DNA from: Paraspadella gotoi
Lineage: Eukaryota; Animalia; Chaetognatha
Assembly: GCA_051294375.1 (NCBI GenBank)
Contig: CM119265.1
Coordinates: forward strand, 12,389,866-12,453,865
DNA length: 64,000 nucleotides
Direction of reading: 5' to 3'
Below, piece by piece: positions 50,212-62,300 of this stretch (the first letter of the stretch is position 1; each line of letters begins with the position of its first letter). The translations under genes and the position numbers were made by a program. A model generated the notes under the pieces. It was not told the origin of the DNA, made no database searches, and saw only the letters and a list, made by a program, of their open reading frames with translations.

Positions 50212-52117
50212 ATGATTTGCTTGCATTTCGGTATCTTGATATTTGTGATGGCGTTGCCATTTGAAACTTCTCGGACGACGGCTACCAGTTTACAAAATAG
50301 AAGAGACCTCAGCTGCCGCACCGTTAAGGTTTTCAAGTGTTCTCGAGAGGACATGAAAATGCAACCCCCCTCAAATGATATTAAACGCAAATGGTGTGAT
50401 GGTTACAGTAGCTCAAATTGTGAAGGTATGTTCAAAGATAAATGTAACTTTTTTAAAAACTTCTAATTATTTAATAAAATTTAACATTGTGTAATAATTT
50501 TTTGGAATCGTGGGGCAAGCATTATATATTATTGCATAAATAACAAATAGCGCAGGTGTGGACTTTAATCAAACTTTTCGCCCATTTTAGTTGGATATAC
50601 GGTTTTTCATCGACACCCAGTCTACTATACTTATAATTATGATGTTATGGTAAAGATTCGTCGGGATCTAAATTTAGGAATGTCACACGAATCAGACGAA
50701 ATCAAGTTCTGCTACAGACATCGTAGTAAGACTGAATTGATCGATGCTGCCCAGGCCATGTGCCGACAAGCTGGGTTGGGCGACGCCATGTCTGGAGGCA
50801 ATTCGTACATAACCGCGCGACAAGAGATTTATGATCAGTTTGGTGAATATGCTGAAAAAAGAACATGGTTGGCTTACCTTAAATGCCCTCAGTTAGCTAA
50901 GGGCATTGAGGATTGTAATTTCGAATTTCTCGAACCGGGAGCCACTTGTTATTTAATGGAAGCTAACTGTGTACGGGCAACATGTTTTGACCATAATAAT
51001 GCAATATATGCTACAAGGTGGCGTCGTTATGGCCAAATATGTAAAAGTGGATGCATGTCTAGGTATTGCTTGCGATGCCGTCCCTCCTGTAAGCCCAATA
51101 ACGTACATACAGGCTATGTATATTATGACCCACATTTTCGTACTTTGGACGATGCCCAATTCAGTTTTATGGGAACGTGTACATACACATTAATAAAAAC
51201 TGATGAAGTAACTATCGAAGGAAAGTATGACCCTTGTGGAAAAGATCAGGTCACTTGTCTCAGAAGGGTCACTATCAAAACCCGCAATACTGAACTAATA
51301 CTACTACACCGACATGATGGAGAAAAAAAAAGAACTATTCTGAAAGAAAAAGGCGTTGAAAAAAAAATGTCAATCCCCTATACCAACAAAGATATCGCTA
51401 TTTATGAAGCTTCATCTGAATTTGATACGGTTGATATTTGGTGTGGAATCAAAGTTGCATGGGACTGGCGCTCTGAGGTTATTTTTGGCCTAAATGATAA
51501 TTATAAAGGGAAAAAAGAAGGCACAGATGAGTTTAAAGTGAAAGGCTTATTTGGTAACTATGATGGTAATCCAGCCAATGACATGATGAAACCAAATGGA
51601 GAACTAGAACCTGATCCCGATTTATTCGGTGAAAGCTGGAGAATTGATAACAGTGAATGCGGCGATTCTGTTAGCAATCTCACGCAATCTCACGCAAGAA
51701 GAGAGAAAGGCAGCACATGCTGACTGTGATGTTATCAACAAGGCTCCGTTCACGGAATGTAATAGAACCGAACAAAGAAAAATCTCTTATGAAAACTGCT
51801 TGGTTGATGTAGCAAAGTGCGGCCAGAAAATTGCCAAGAGAGATTGTCTTTGTCCATCACTTGAAGAATATGCCGATACTTGCTCTCAAAATAATCAAGT
51901 AGTTAAGAATTGGCGCGGTTCTGTGAAACTTTGCGAGCTGCCCTGTCCCACGGGTCAGGAATTTAATACCTGCAAGGAATCATGTTTTAGCACCTGTCAC
52001 CGAATCAATTTGGATAGCGGACCTGCTTGTGAGCCTATGTGCGTCGAGGGTTGTGCTTGTCCAAAGGATAAAGCGCTTGATGAAAATGGAAAATGTGTCG
52101 ATCAAAATGAGTGTTGA
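50212..52117 (+). pseudogene. Secreted SRCR-like/VWD/C8/TIL protein, paralog 1, frameshifted (exons 50212-50425, 50591-52117)
   Basis: Signal peptide MICLHFGILIFVMALP; collinear with 55861-58021. A 10-bp duplication at 51674-51693 shifts the frame (stop at 51723), and C8/TIL continue in another frame to 52117. Confidence 0.8.
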
Positions 52118-53997
52118 CCAGGAGACGAATAAAGAAAAAGTTTATACGCCATCACAGGTGTTAGGACCAGTATATACTACAGTATATTCCACCACCTACT
52201 AGGACTAAAATAATCAAAAGTAGTGAATGAATATAAATGACAATATGAGAAAAAAAAACTTAGAGCCAAACTTCGTCAATGGGGTGGGTCAGAAGTTTGA
52301 TTTGGGAACCTTTCCAAATGAAACTTCATACATTTCTGAGAAAACTTTCAATGGAGCAAAATTTTCTAAAATGGCAAGAAGCATTAGTAATTAATTTTTT
52401 AATATTTATTCATAGATAGGAAATGTCAAAAGTTTTTTTTGTAATTTTTTATTTTTAAAAGCAGATTCAAATAGCTTATAAAAAGTTATCTACACAAAGT
52501 ATAATTTTTTTTCTCAATATTTTGATGATAAGTGGGTTTAAATTGAGAAAAACCTTAAAAAATCATCATCATCATCATCATCCGATGATTTTAACAGTTT
52601 TTACTAATTTTTAGTAATAAAACATCAAAATTTTAAAAAGTTGTAATTATATTTTTTGCTGAACTTTTTAAGCTCTATCAGAATCAATTAAAAAACTTAA
52701 AATATCAAAAAAAAAATTTTGACATTATATAGCAATATAATAATATTAATTAGCGAATTACTCATGGTTCGGAACATTTTTGCAAAAAAATATTTTAACA
52801 CAATAATTAATACCAATAATGGATTAGTTTAATGCTGTTCCCATTAAAATTTGAATTTGGTCGGCTACCGCTAAAAAAAGAGGACATTCTTAAATCTTAA
52901 ATTACGCCAGTTTTCTACATATATTTAAAAAACTTATAAATGGTAAATGTCGATTTCTAAAAAGGGAATCCATATGTGTAAGTTAAAATAAAATCGATAC
53001 AGCCATTCAAGACATATTCCTATAGCACCCGAAGGAGAAGTGGTCAAAAACAAGAAGGGAAAAAAGAATTATTGAAGATCTGAAAAAAAAAACAAGGATG
53101 CCAATCAGCGTTGAATTGATACAAAAATTATCAATGGGAAGTGTTGAATTTTGAAAGAAGAATCCAATCCAAATGTGTTGCGCCGAAGTGACTGCCTTAT
53201 CACATGTATTTCTCGTGACATGACATGACATGACATGAATACATGACTACAATAACTTATTAACTATCTTAGCCCGTGTATGTATGATATGCACTGCATC
53301 AAAATTCAATTTTTTATTCCTTATAGTTTTATGATTTCCTCAAGGCAGTCCCTTAGATTTGAGATTTTTTTCGTCTTAACAAAGGAGCAACCAACTATAG
53401 ACAAATTATATGCAATTTTAACGTAAGTGGGACAGATCGACGGATAGACATACCGACCGACAGACCGACCGAGTACTCGCGGCGCAACTAAAAAAAAATC
53501 GGTCCAGTCATTCAAGAGCGGCCTTCACTGGCTTTCTTTTCTTTAGTTATTTTTTCCCAGAATTTAATTTTAACTGTAATGTTTAATATAAATATATTTT
53601 TAAACTTATAAAACAATCCCTAACCCTCAACTTTTGTATCTGTTAATCTGTTACTTACTTTAGAGCGAAAACCATTATGTACCTTTGCACCAATGTGAAT
53701 AATATATTGCACTTTACATTTTGCACAAGTCTATTTTTTGAAAGTTATATTCAATAAATGGATAATTTTTATATTGGTTGTACCAATTTCATTCAAAAGT
53801 ATGTTTAATTATAAACATTAAAAACATTAGAAGTTTATAAGTTATAAGTTTCACGATGAAAGACATATATTGTACCTTTTTTACTATAATTTTTTTTACT
53901 TGTAAAAAAATTTGTTAATTTTTTGTCTTTTTGAAAACAGATGTTTCCTGCGTTCGTAAAATTGATGTTAAATCGTTCTTGAAACCGCATTTTTTTA

Positions 53998-54322
53998 TTA
54001 GTATTTTTAGCGTAATACAAACGATAGATATTCTCCACCAAAATCCAAATGGCTCTTAATATATGAATAAATAAAAACATAGAAATAAAGAAACTATGTA
54101 AGAAAAATTAATGAAGCTTCAATAGAGACCCTCTGGTTCTCCTCTTAGCATCTCTCGTCATTTGTTCTTCTTACTTAATATCTAGTACTATTAGTATTTT
54201 TAGCGTAATACAAGTAGCTATTAATATATGAATAAATAAAAAACAAAGAAAGAAACTATATAGGAAAAAGAAATGAAGCGTCAATAGAGATCCTCAGGTT
54301 TTCCTCTTCGCGTCTCTCGTCC
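53998..54322. repeat. Local imperfect tandem duplication, about 190-bp period
   Basis: TTAGTATTTTTAGCGTAATACAA...TAATATATGAATAAATAAAAA...ATGAAGC.TCAATAGAGA.CCTC.GGTT.TCCTCTT.GC.TCTCTCGTC occurs twice. Confidence 0.7.
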
Positions 54323-54520
54323 TTCGTTCATTATTCAAACTCGACGACCGTCCGGTAGTGCGATGACCTCTTCAATCTTCATGCCGCTTGAAAACCGGGC
54401 GTTGGCCGTTTGAAACCTCTGGGATTTTCGTCACTGGGATTTTTGCTGAGGAATTAAAATCCGTTTGCCGGTTATCCGGTTTTATTGAGAAAAAAAGTTA
54501 AGGAATTGATTCCGAGATAC

Positions 54521-54600
54521 TATTTAAGCGGTTGAGTATCTTAAAAGCTAATGAGGTCTGAATTTGCCCAAGTATTTTTTTTCTCTTTAGGTAAGCTCTA
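54521..54600 (+). promoter_or_regulatory. Putative TATA-like box and non-coding first exon of VWD paralog 2
   Basis: TATTTAAG at 54521, donor AG|GTAAGCTCT at 54591 and acceptor TATGCAG at about 55834 before ATG 55861. Confidence 0.5.
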
Positions 54601-54792
54601 TATCAATACAGCTTTTATTTCTTTTCTGATTATATTTGAAATTTTATCTTTATTTGATGACATCGACGATTTTGTTTGTTTTTTTTTGAAAGAAAAGGAC
54701 AAGCTTCGGCTTAGGCCTTCATCAGTGCATATGTTAATTAAAAACTTTGCGGCTGTTGTCATCAAATGACATCAAAATGCTATTAGGTTATA

Positions 54793-55725
54793 TTTTTAGT
54801 CGGATCTACTTAACAGCAGATCCCGACTCTATAATTCACGATCGGTCCGCCCCCTGAATCTTGTCGGGCATTCACTTATATCATGTCATAACATCGAATA
54901 ATGATAAATTATGCAAAAAAAAAAAATTTCCGTCCATTCATCTGTCCGTCCGTCTGTCCCACCTTAGCTAAAAACTCCAATTACTCGTGATTGGATGGAT
55001 GGCTTGGAATGAAATTTTGTGTGTGTGTGTGTGTGATTGAGCTGGATATGAAGTTTCGACGGAATCGTGCGAGTGGAAATGAGTTTAAATGGAAAAACAA
55101 CAAAATCTATTTCACTAACTATTCACTAACGCCAATTACTCATGAGTGGATGGGGCGATTGACTTGAAATTTTGTGTGTGGGTAGAAAAGTGTGTGATTA
55201 ATCTGGAAATCTAGAGTGGAAATGAGTTTAAATGGAAAAATCATAAGTCACATTCATGTAAATCTTTTTACTAATTTTAACCCATAATTACTTGAATTAA
55301 TCCTAATTGGATGGATAGAATGAGATGAAATTTTTTGTGTGTGTAGGAAAGTGTGTGATTGAGCAGATATAAAGTTTTGATGGAATCGAGGAGTGGAAAT
55401 GAGTTTGTATGAAAAAAGTCAAGTTGACTTGAATTTTTATTATTTATAATAAATGTTTTAATTAGTTAATTAATTGATTAATTAATTAATTAAATTGAAA
55501 AAATAATGCAAGTTGAAAAAATGATGCAAGTTGAAAAAATGATACAAGTTGAAAAAATTATACAAGTTAAATGATGCAAGTTGAAAAAATTATGAAAGTT
55601 GAAAAAAGGATGCAAGTTGAAAAAAGGATGCAAGTTGAAAAAAATATGCAAATTAAAAAAATTATGCAAATGAAAAAAAAATATGCTAGTTGAAAAAATG
55701 ATGCAAGTTGAAAAAAAGACTTTTG
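54793..55725 (+). mobile_element. DINE-1/HINE-like element, copy 3, with a 3' minisatellite
   Basis: TTTTTAGTCGGATCT...AGATCCCGACT 5' inverted repeat, (GTCC)n, internal repeats, then about 17-18-bp tandem ATGCAAGTTGAAAAAAT (about 55500-55717). Confidence 0.75.
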
Positions 55726-55860
55726 TATGTACATTTAATTTTATTTAATATACAAATTTATGTCTTTAAATGAAAGAAATTAACAATGAGTACTGGTTCA
55801 AAAAATAGTACTTTAGAACAAATTGATTTATGCAGGAAGGAAAATCTACAAAAAAAGACA

Positions 55861-58021
55861 ATGGCTTCCTCAAAAATTGTTCTCCTTGTATGCTTGATGA
55901 TGTTTATTTCACTGGCTGCCTCATATTATCCTACATCTTCCTATGCTTCGCATTTTGGAGCAAAGCGCCAAATCTGTAGCATCGTGAAGGTTTATAAATG
56001 TGCAAGAGAGGACAAGAGCATGATTCCACCGAAGCAAAACATCAAACGCAATTGGTGCCAATCACGGGACGGTTTTAATTGTGAAGGTATACCATGACTT
56101 TGTCAAAATCCTTATTAAGTTATTTCAGGATGACAGTAATCATTCACACACATAAAGTACTTTTTTTCTTTTTAGCCAGGTATTCTAGGATTAAATAAAC
56201 AAGAATGTGACTCAGTTTTGATTGAAAGCTTGTAAGGTCCGGCTATAAAAGTGATGGAGGCTTTAAACCACCATAGCCTGTTCAAAGTCAGGGGAAAAAT
56301 AACTTATTTATTAAATAAATGGATAATTTTTATATTGGTTGTACCAATTTCTTATATTTCTACAATTAATATTATATAAACTTCTTTCTTTTCTTAGTAT
56401 CATAGTGTGTCTCAACTAATCAATTAATATTTGCACCTGTGATAATTCCTGTTTAATTCTGATCATTTTCCTGTGTACAGTGAGTTATTCGATTAGCCAT
56501 GATTACCCAATATATTACTCTTATCACTATGGCGTTATGGTCAATATTCGTCGGGATCTTACATTGGGAATGGCACATGAATCTGATGAGATAAAGCTTT
56601 GCTATAGATATAGAAGTGATACTTCAATGATTGACGCTGCCCAAGCCATATGCCGACAATCTGGATTGGGAGATGCTTCTTATGCCAGAAATTCATACGT
56701 GAGAGCGCGACAGCAAATTTACAATCAATTTGGCGAATTTGCTGAAAAAAGAACTTGGCTTGCACATCTTAATTGCCCTCAGTTTGCTAAAAGTCTAGAC
56801 GATTGCACTTACGAATTCCTCCAACCAGGGGATACTTGCTATTTGTTGGAAGCTAACTGCATGCAGGCAAGATGCTTCGATCATCACAATGCCATTTATT
56901 CCACTCGGTATCGTCGTTACGGACAGAAATGCATTTCGGGCTGCTCTTCTTATTATTGTTTCCAATGCTCCTCATATTGTGCTCCAGGGAGGGTGCATAC
57001 AGGCTATGTGTACTATGACCCACATTTTACCACTTTGGATGGCGACCAATTCAGCTTCATGGGAACATGCACTTATACATTATTACAAACTGATCTGGTC
57101 ACTATCGAAGGAAAGTATGAGCCTTGTGGAAAAGATCTCGTCACTTGCCTCAGAAGGGTCACCATCAAAATCGGCACAACAGAACTAACATTAAAACAAA
57201 AGAAAGCTGGAAAAAAAGTGGCCTTCTTGAGGATAAAAAGAGATAATATACCAATAACTATACCTTATACTAATAATGATATTGCTATTTATGAGGCTTC
57301 ATCCGAATTTGATACCGTCGATATCTGGTCTGGAATCAAAGTAGCATGGGACTGGCGCTCCGAGATCATCATTGGCTTAGACGATAAGTTTAAAGGAAAA
57401 GAACCAAACGATTTTAAAGTGAAAGGCCTTTTTGGTAATTTTGACGGGAATCCAAACAATGACAGGATGAAACCAAATGGGGATCTGGAAATGGACGAGG
57501 TCAAATTTGGTGAAAGCTGGAGGGTTGAGAACAGTGAATGCGGCGATTCTGCTGCTCATAGCAATCTGACACAAGAGGAGAGAGATAAAGCACATCCTAA
57601 GTGTGATGTCATCAACCAGAAGCCATTCACGTCATGTAACCAAACTCTACATCGAAAAAACTCCTATGAAAACTGCTTGGTTGATGTAGCTAAATGCGGT
57701 AAAGATACGGATATAAAGGACTGTCTTTGTCCATCTCTTGAAGAATACGCGGAATCATGCTCAGAAAATGGTCAAATTATTGAAAAGTGGCGCGATTCTG
57801 TAGAAACTTGCCGGCTTCCATGCCCCACTGGTCAAGTCTTCCAAACCTGCAAGGAATCATGTCTGAGTACCTGCCATCGTATACATCTGGAGAAGGGTCC
57901 AAGTTGCCAATCAATGTGTGTGGAAGGTTGCAATTGTCCAGATGATAAAGCACTCAATAAAGATGGAAAATGCGTTGATATTGCTGAGTGCAGAAAAGAA
58001 GGGAAAGAAGATTCTGATTAA
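55861..58021 (+). CDS. Secreted SRCR-like/VWD/C8/TIL protein, paralog 2, intact (exons 55861-56086, 56481-58021)
   Basis: Signal peptide MASSKIVLLVCLMMFISLAAS; SRCR-like AQAICRQSGLGDA...FG...TWLAHLNC...SLDDC; VWD DPHFTTLDG...FMGTCTYTL...VKGLFGNFDGNPNND...FGESWRV; C8 PFTSC...YENCLVDV...CLCPSLEEYAESC...WR; TIL CPTGQVFQTCKESCLSTC...CVEGCNCP...GKCV...EC. Confidence 0.9.
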
Positions 58022-59355
58022 GAAAGAAAGACGTAGTAGCGAAAGAGTTCAGGACTAAAAAATATCTTAATTAAATCATGAATTTAATAACAATATTTAA
58101 ATAAAATACAGATTATAAATATAAGTTTAAATTCAAAAAAATATATCTTCGTTTTGCGAATAAATATTTTAAAGTTTTTAAATTTGGTTTTTCAACCTCG
58201 ATGCATTCTTCTCTTCCTCATCTTTGCGTATTCCAATCATTTTACATATACGTAAATATATTTAAACTTTGTTATACGTAGGAGATGCACACTGCACCTT
58301 AGCAAAAATTCTTTTTGCTTCATATTGCAAATGGGAACTAAATACAAATTGTACAAATGATGGTATTGTACTTGTTTGGTTAAAGTCATGTAAGTCAAAC
58401 CTTATACTTATGGTTATAGTTTTAATATTTAGAAAAAAAATTTCAAACTTTTTCTAAATATTTACTACACAACGAAAAGAAAGGAAAATACAAAGTTTTA
58501 ATATTCAAATTTATGGTATTTAGGGAAAAAACTAATCTCATTTACACCTGAATTTTAGGTTTTTTATTAGAATGCTTTGCCTCGGTATAAAAATTTAAAA
58601 GTTGATGCTTCATTGCGCTGTGATCTTAAACGGATTTACTTGCCACAGTACAATAATATTATTGTAATTGTTAAAAAAATGCTACTAGTGGAAATTTAAA
58701 TTTTTAAAAGATTTTGCACAAATTTTATTTTTCAAAATATTGTAGTAGTTTGGAGTTCTTACAAGTTTTACATATGTTGTTCTAAAAATATGTATGTCTT
58801 ATTTGTGAATAGCAAATTGTTGAAATAGTACAAATAAAATGGCGTATTAATAAATACAAAAATTGTAAAGTTTCAAGAGGATATAAAAAAAATTAGTAGT
58901 GGCAAATAAATACATCTATTTGGCAATAGTTATTGACAGGCACAAAAAGAAATGTTCAATCGTTGAGAGACTAAAAGAGACTGTCGAGGGAGATCGAGGT
59001 AGTTACAAAGAAAGAGAGAGAAAGAGGTACATAGATGGTCAGTAACCTGCTTCCCTCGCGACCATACAGCATAGTGACCAACAAGGGTCAACCCCGTGGT
59101 GGCGAAGCCTTCGTAGCCATATCCCGCCTTCCGAATAAAGTCCGAAGGGTGGTCTTTTCGGCGATGTAGAGGGCGTGATCGGGGAGTCCAGTAATATCGT
59201 TTTGGCGGTTGGCATCTCCAAGATTTTTGTCTAGGTGGCGCCCATCTGGGGAATAATGGCGGCGTCAGCTGGGAAGAGAATGTTGCTTCCAGCCGAGGAG
59301 GCAGAGGTGCCGGCTGAGGAGGCGGAAATGCCGGCCAAAGAGGATGCGGTGCTGG

Positions 59356-62300
59356 TCAAGAAACAAGGGGTTTTAACTGAGGAGGCCGCGGAGCTGGCCT
59401 AGGTCGAGGAGGCGGAGGAGGGGCAGGCCGGGGAGACGGTGGAGTTGATCCTGAACTCGCTGTCTCCGACCTCATGTGACGCCGAGATATACCGTCGCTC
59501 AAAAAGGCTTCCCCTAGGGGCGATAGAAGGGGCCGCCCCCAGGCGCAGTCAACCCCGGAAGAAAAATATTTTTGATCATTGAGAGGTGCCACTAATGTAA
59601 TATACCTAAGGGCTACCCCTTGGCAAATATATTTTTGACCTTTACAGGGGCGCTCCTAATGCTAATTCATTTTGGAAACAATAACCCTAATGGTAACCCC
59701 AGGGCGTAAAAAAAAAGGCTTCTCCCTGGAACAAAAAAAAAGAGTAATTTTAAACAAAAAAGCCAGGCTTTTTAATTCTATTCCTTACCAAATCTTTATT
59801 CCTTTCCCCTCTCACTCTCTTTTTTTTTTCTTTCTTGACAATATGCCCTCCAGAAATTGCGTGAAAAACTATTTTGATGGATCATTTTTCTTTTATAAAA
59901 TTGGTACAACTCATATAAACATAATCCAATCCTTTAATAAATTTATTTCATTAACTACTATTAAACAAAAAATCCAATTGGCATATGGATCGATAATCAT
60001 TTTAGTGCTAATTCATTATGAATAAATTATTATTTCTACTAAGTTTCAATTTTTATTCTGGTATGCAAAGACCGAATCTATTCTCAGCTATTAATTTTAC
60101 TGCCATTTTTTCTTATTTTAATAGTAATAATAAAAATATAATATATAATATAGTTTATAATATATTGTGGCGGTATATTCACACCGCCTCACGTCCACCA
60201 TCCTTCAGCCAAATACATTGGCTCAGAGGGGGAACACACCATCCCAGGCGTAGTGTTCCATCCACAGTCGTACCGACTTCCCTCTGCGTTGGCAAAGCGA
60301 GACCGTCCTTGGGTAACCGCGCCAGTGACTGGAGGCGTCACTGAGGGTCTTAAGCCCCCAAAACCAACATTGAGATGCCCCAGCCCAATGGGCATCACAG
60401 GCAACCCGGCTGTTGCCATTAAATAATAATATTAGACTGAGTGCTTCTCGTCGTCAACTGGTGATTCATTTGTTAAAGCCATCAGCCACTTCATTCAAAG
60501 TTCGAAGGCTAAGTACATTACCATTGCCTCATCCTAAAAAAAACATTAAAAACATTAAAAGTTAACCTGAAACGTCCTTGCCGTCGCGACTACTACCTTC
60601 GCCAACAACAATCGATTTGGCAAGGATGGCTTTTTCTTTGGCTCGTCGTTCCGTCGCCGCCGTTCGACGTCGTTCAATGTCGTCGAGAGTTTCCTTCGAA
60701 TCCGGGAAAGTGTCATTCAGGCCGCCGACACGCCCACAGCCTCCGTTTTCGACTTTCTCTTCGAAAGAGTTGACGCGATCTTTGACCCTGACGGCCACTT
60801 CGATTCCTGGACGCGCCTCGCCGATCAGGCTCATCCTTTCGTCAGCGTCCCACAACGAGCCGAGCTCGTCGGGCAACGGCTTCTCGAATGGGATCGTCGA
60901 AAACGCCGCTTTCGGAGTTTTAGATTGGTTGAAGAAGGTCGAAACGCTCGCTCTTGAAGGCGTCGACGCGGTTGGTGGCGGAGTCGGCGGTGTTCGAAGC
61001 TTCGGAGTATAGACCGACAAGGACGAAGAACGTTCCAGTTGTTTTCGAGGATTTTCTTTTTGTGTAGAAGAATCGCTAAGCGAAGTCTGTCCACCCGTGA
61101 CCGACAACAAAGATATATTCTTTTTCAAGTTGAGGGAAATCGGTTTAGATTTCGCAGCTGACGAAGAAAGCGACGGATGAAGCGTCGCCGAATGAAGCGA
61201 CGCAGAATGAAGCGACGCAGAATGAAGCGGCGCCGAATGAGTTGACGCCGTCTGGTCGACGGAATCTCGCGGCGGCGTCGATGCCGATGTTCCATTGACG
61301 CCGACAGAAAGATTCATTTCGGGCGTCGAAAAATTAGCTCGATTCGACTTAAGAACCGCGCTGCTCATATACCGGGAGGGTGGACTCAAAACAACGCCTC
61401 GAGGGAAAACGTCTGAAGAGTGATTCGCTAATTCCACATTTTCCTGACGTGAAATACGATGAGATCGTTAGCTTGTGGCAACACATTCCCTCTAACCACC
61501 CGCCTAACGACATCTGAGAAATCTTGGTGGCTGAAGAGCATTCTCTTTACACCAATCGGCTTTGTGTTCGCACTCCATTGGTGTCTATTGTCTAATGTTT
61601 AAAAGTGCTAAATTGAAACTATCAAGCGAAACGTAAAAGCTGTCTTACCTGAGCGGTAGCGATATGGCCGAACTGTGGTAAAAAGGGAAAAAAATATATC
61701 AGTCAAGGATAGAACTCCCCGTTATCCACGAACCTCACCTCCCGGATCAAAATCTCGAGTTGGACCCTAGTGTCTTCGGCGTCGTCCTCCGATTCCAGCG
61801 TAAATCCATGCAGCTTCGTCAGTAGCTGCTTCAGCAGCAGTATGTCCGCTCGCCGCTGTTCTCGCAACAACTCCAACTCCGCCGTCAAACTTTCGTTTCG
61901 ATGCGTCAACTCCTGGGTTCGGTTGGTCGAAAGAACGATTCAATAAAAAAGCAAAAATACAGTATTTTAACTCAAAATAAATAAAATCTTACAATTCAAT
62001 ATTTTCACTGGTACAATGTAAAATTGACTTTGTTTTTGTTCAATAATCACAGCATACTGTACCTCCGAAGTCCTTTCCTCCTCTTTCTCGTCGTCCATCT
62101 TGAAGCGAACGCGTTTGACTCGAAACCCGGACCGAAGTTCGTCGTCAACCGTAGACGCCCTCTCATCTCGACTTTCTTCCCCGACTTCTAGCCCTTCCTT
62201 CACCTCTCCCTCTTCTTTCACTTTCGTCGATAGAGTCAGTCTTTTTCGATTTTCCTCCAACTTGGCCTTCGCTTTGGCCACAATTTCCTCCACGACTCCT

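Noticed and set aside
40200-55717. CRISPR-like arrays at 40200-40320 and 55500-55717
   Set aside because: Head-to-tail minisatellites with no unique spacers, inside eukaryotic repeats, and no cas genes.
59356-59450. Formin/WASP call from the polyproline stretch
   Set aside because: No FH2 or WH2 follows; a stop comes right after the stretch.
60180-60430. Possible ribozyme or retroelement end in a compositionally distinct GC block
   Set aside because: No hammerhead core (CTGANGA...GAAA), no second copy and no RT remnant seen; it may simply be an exon.
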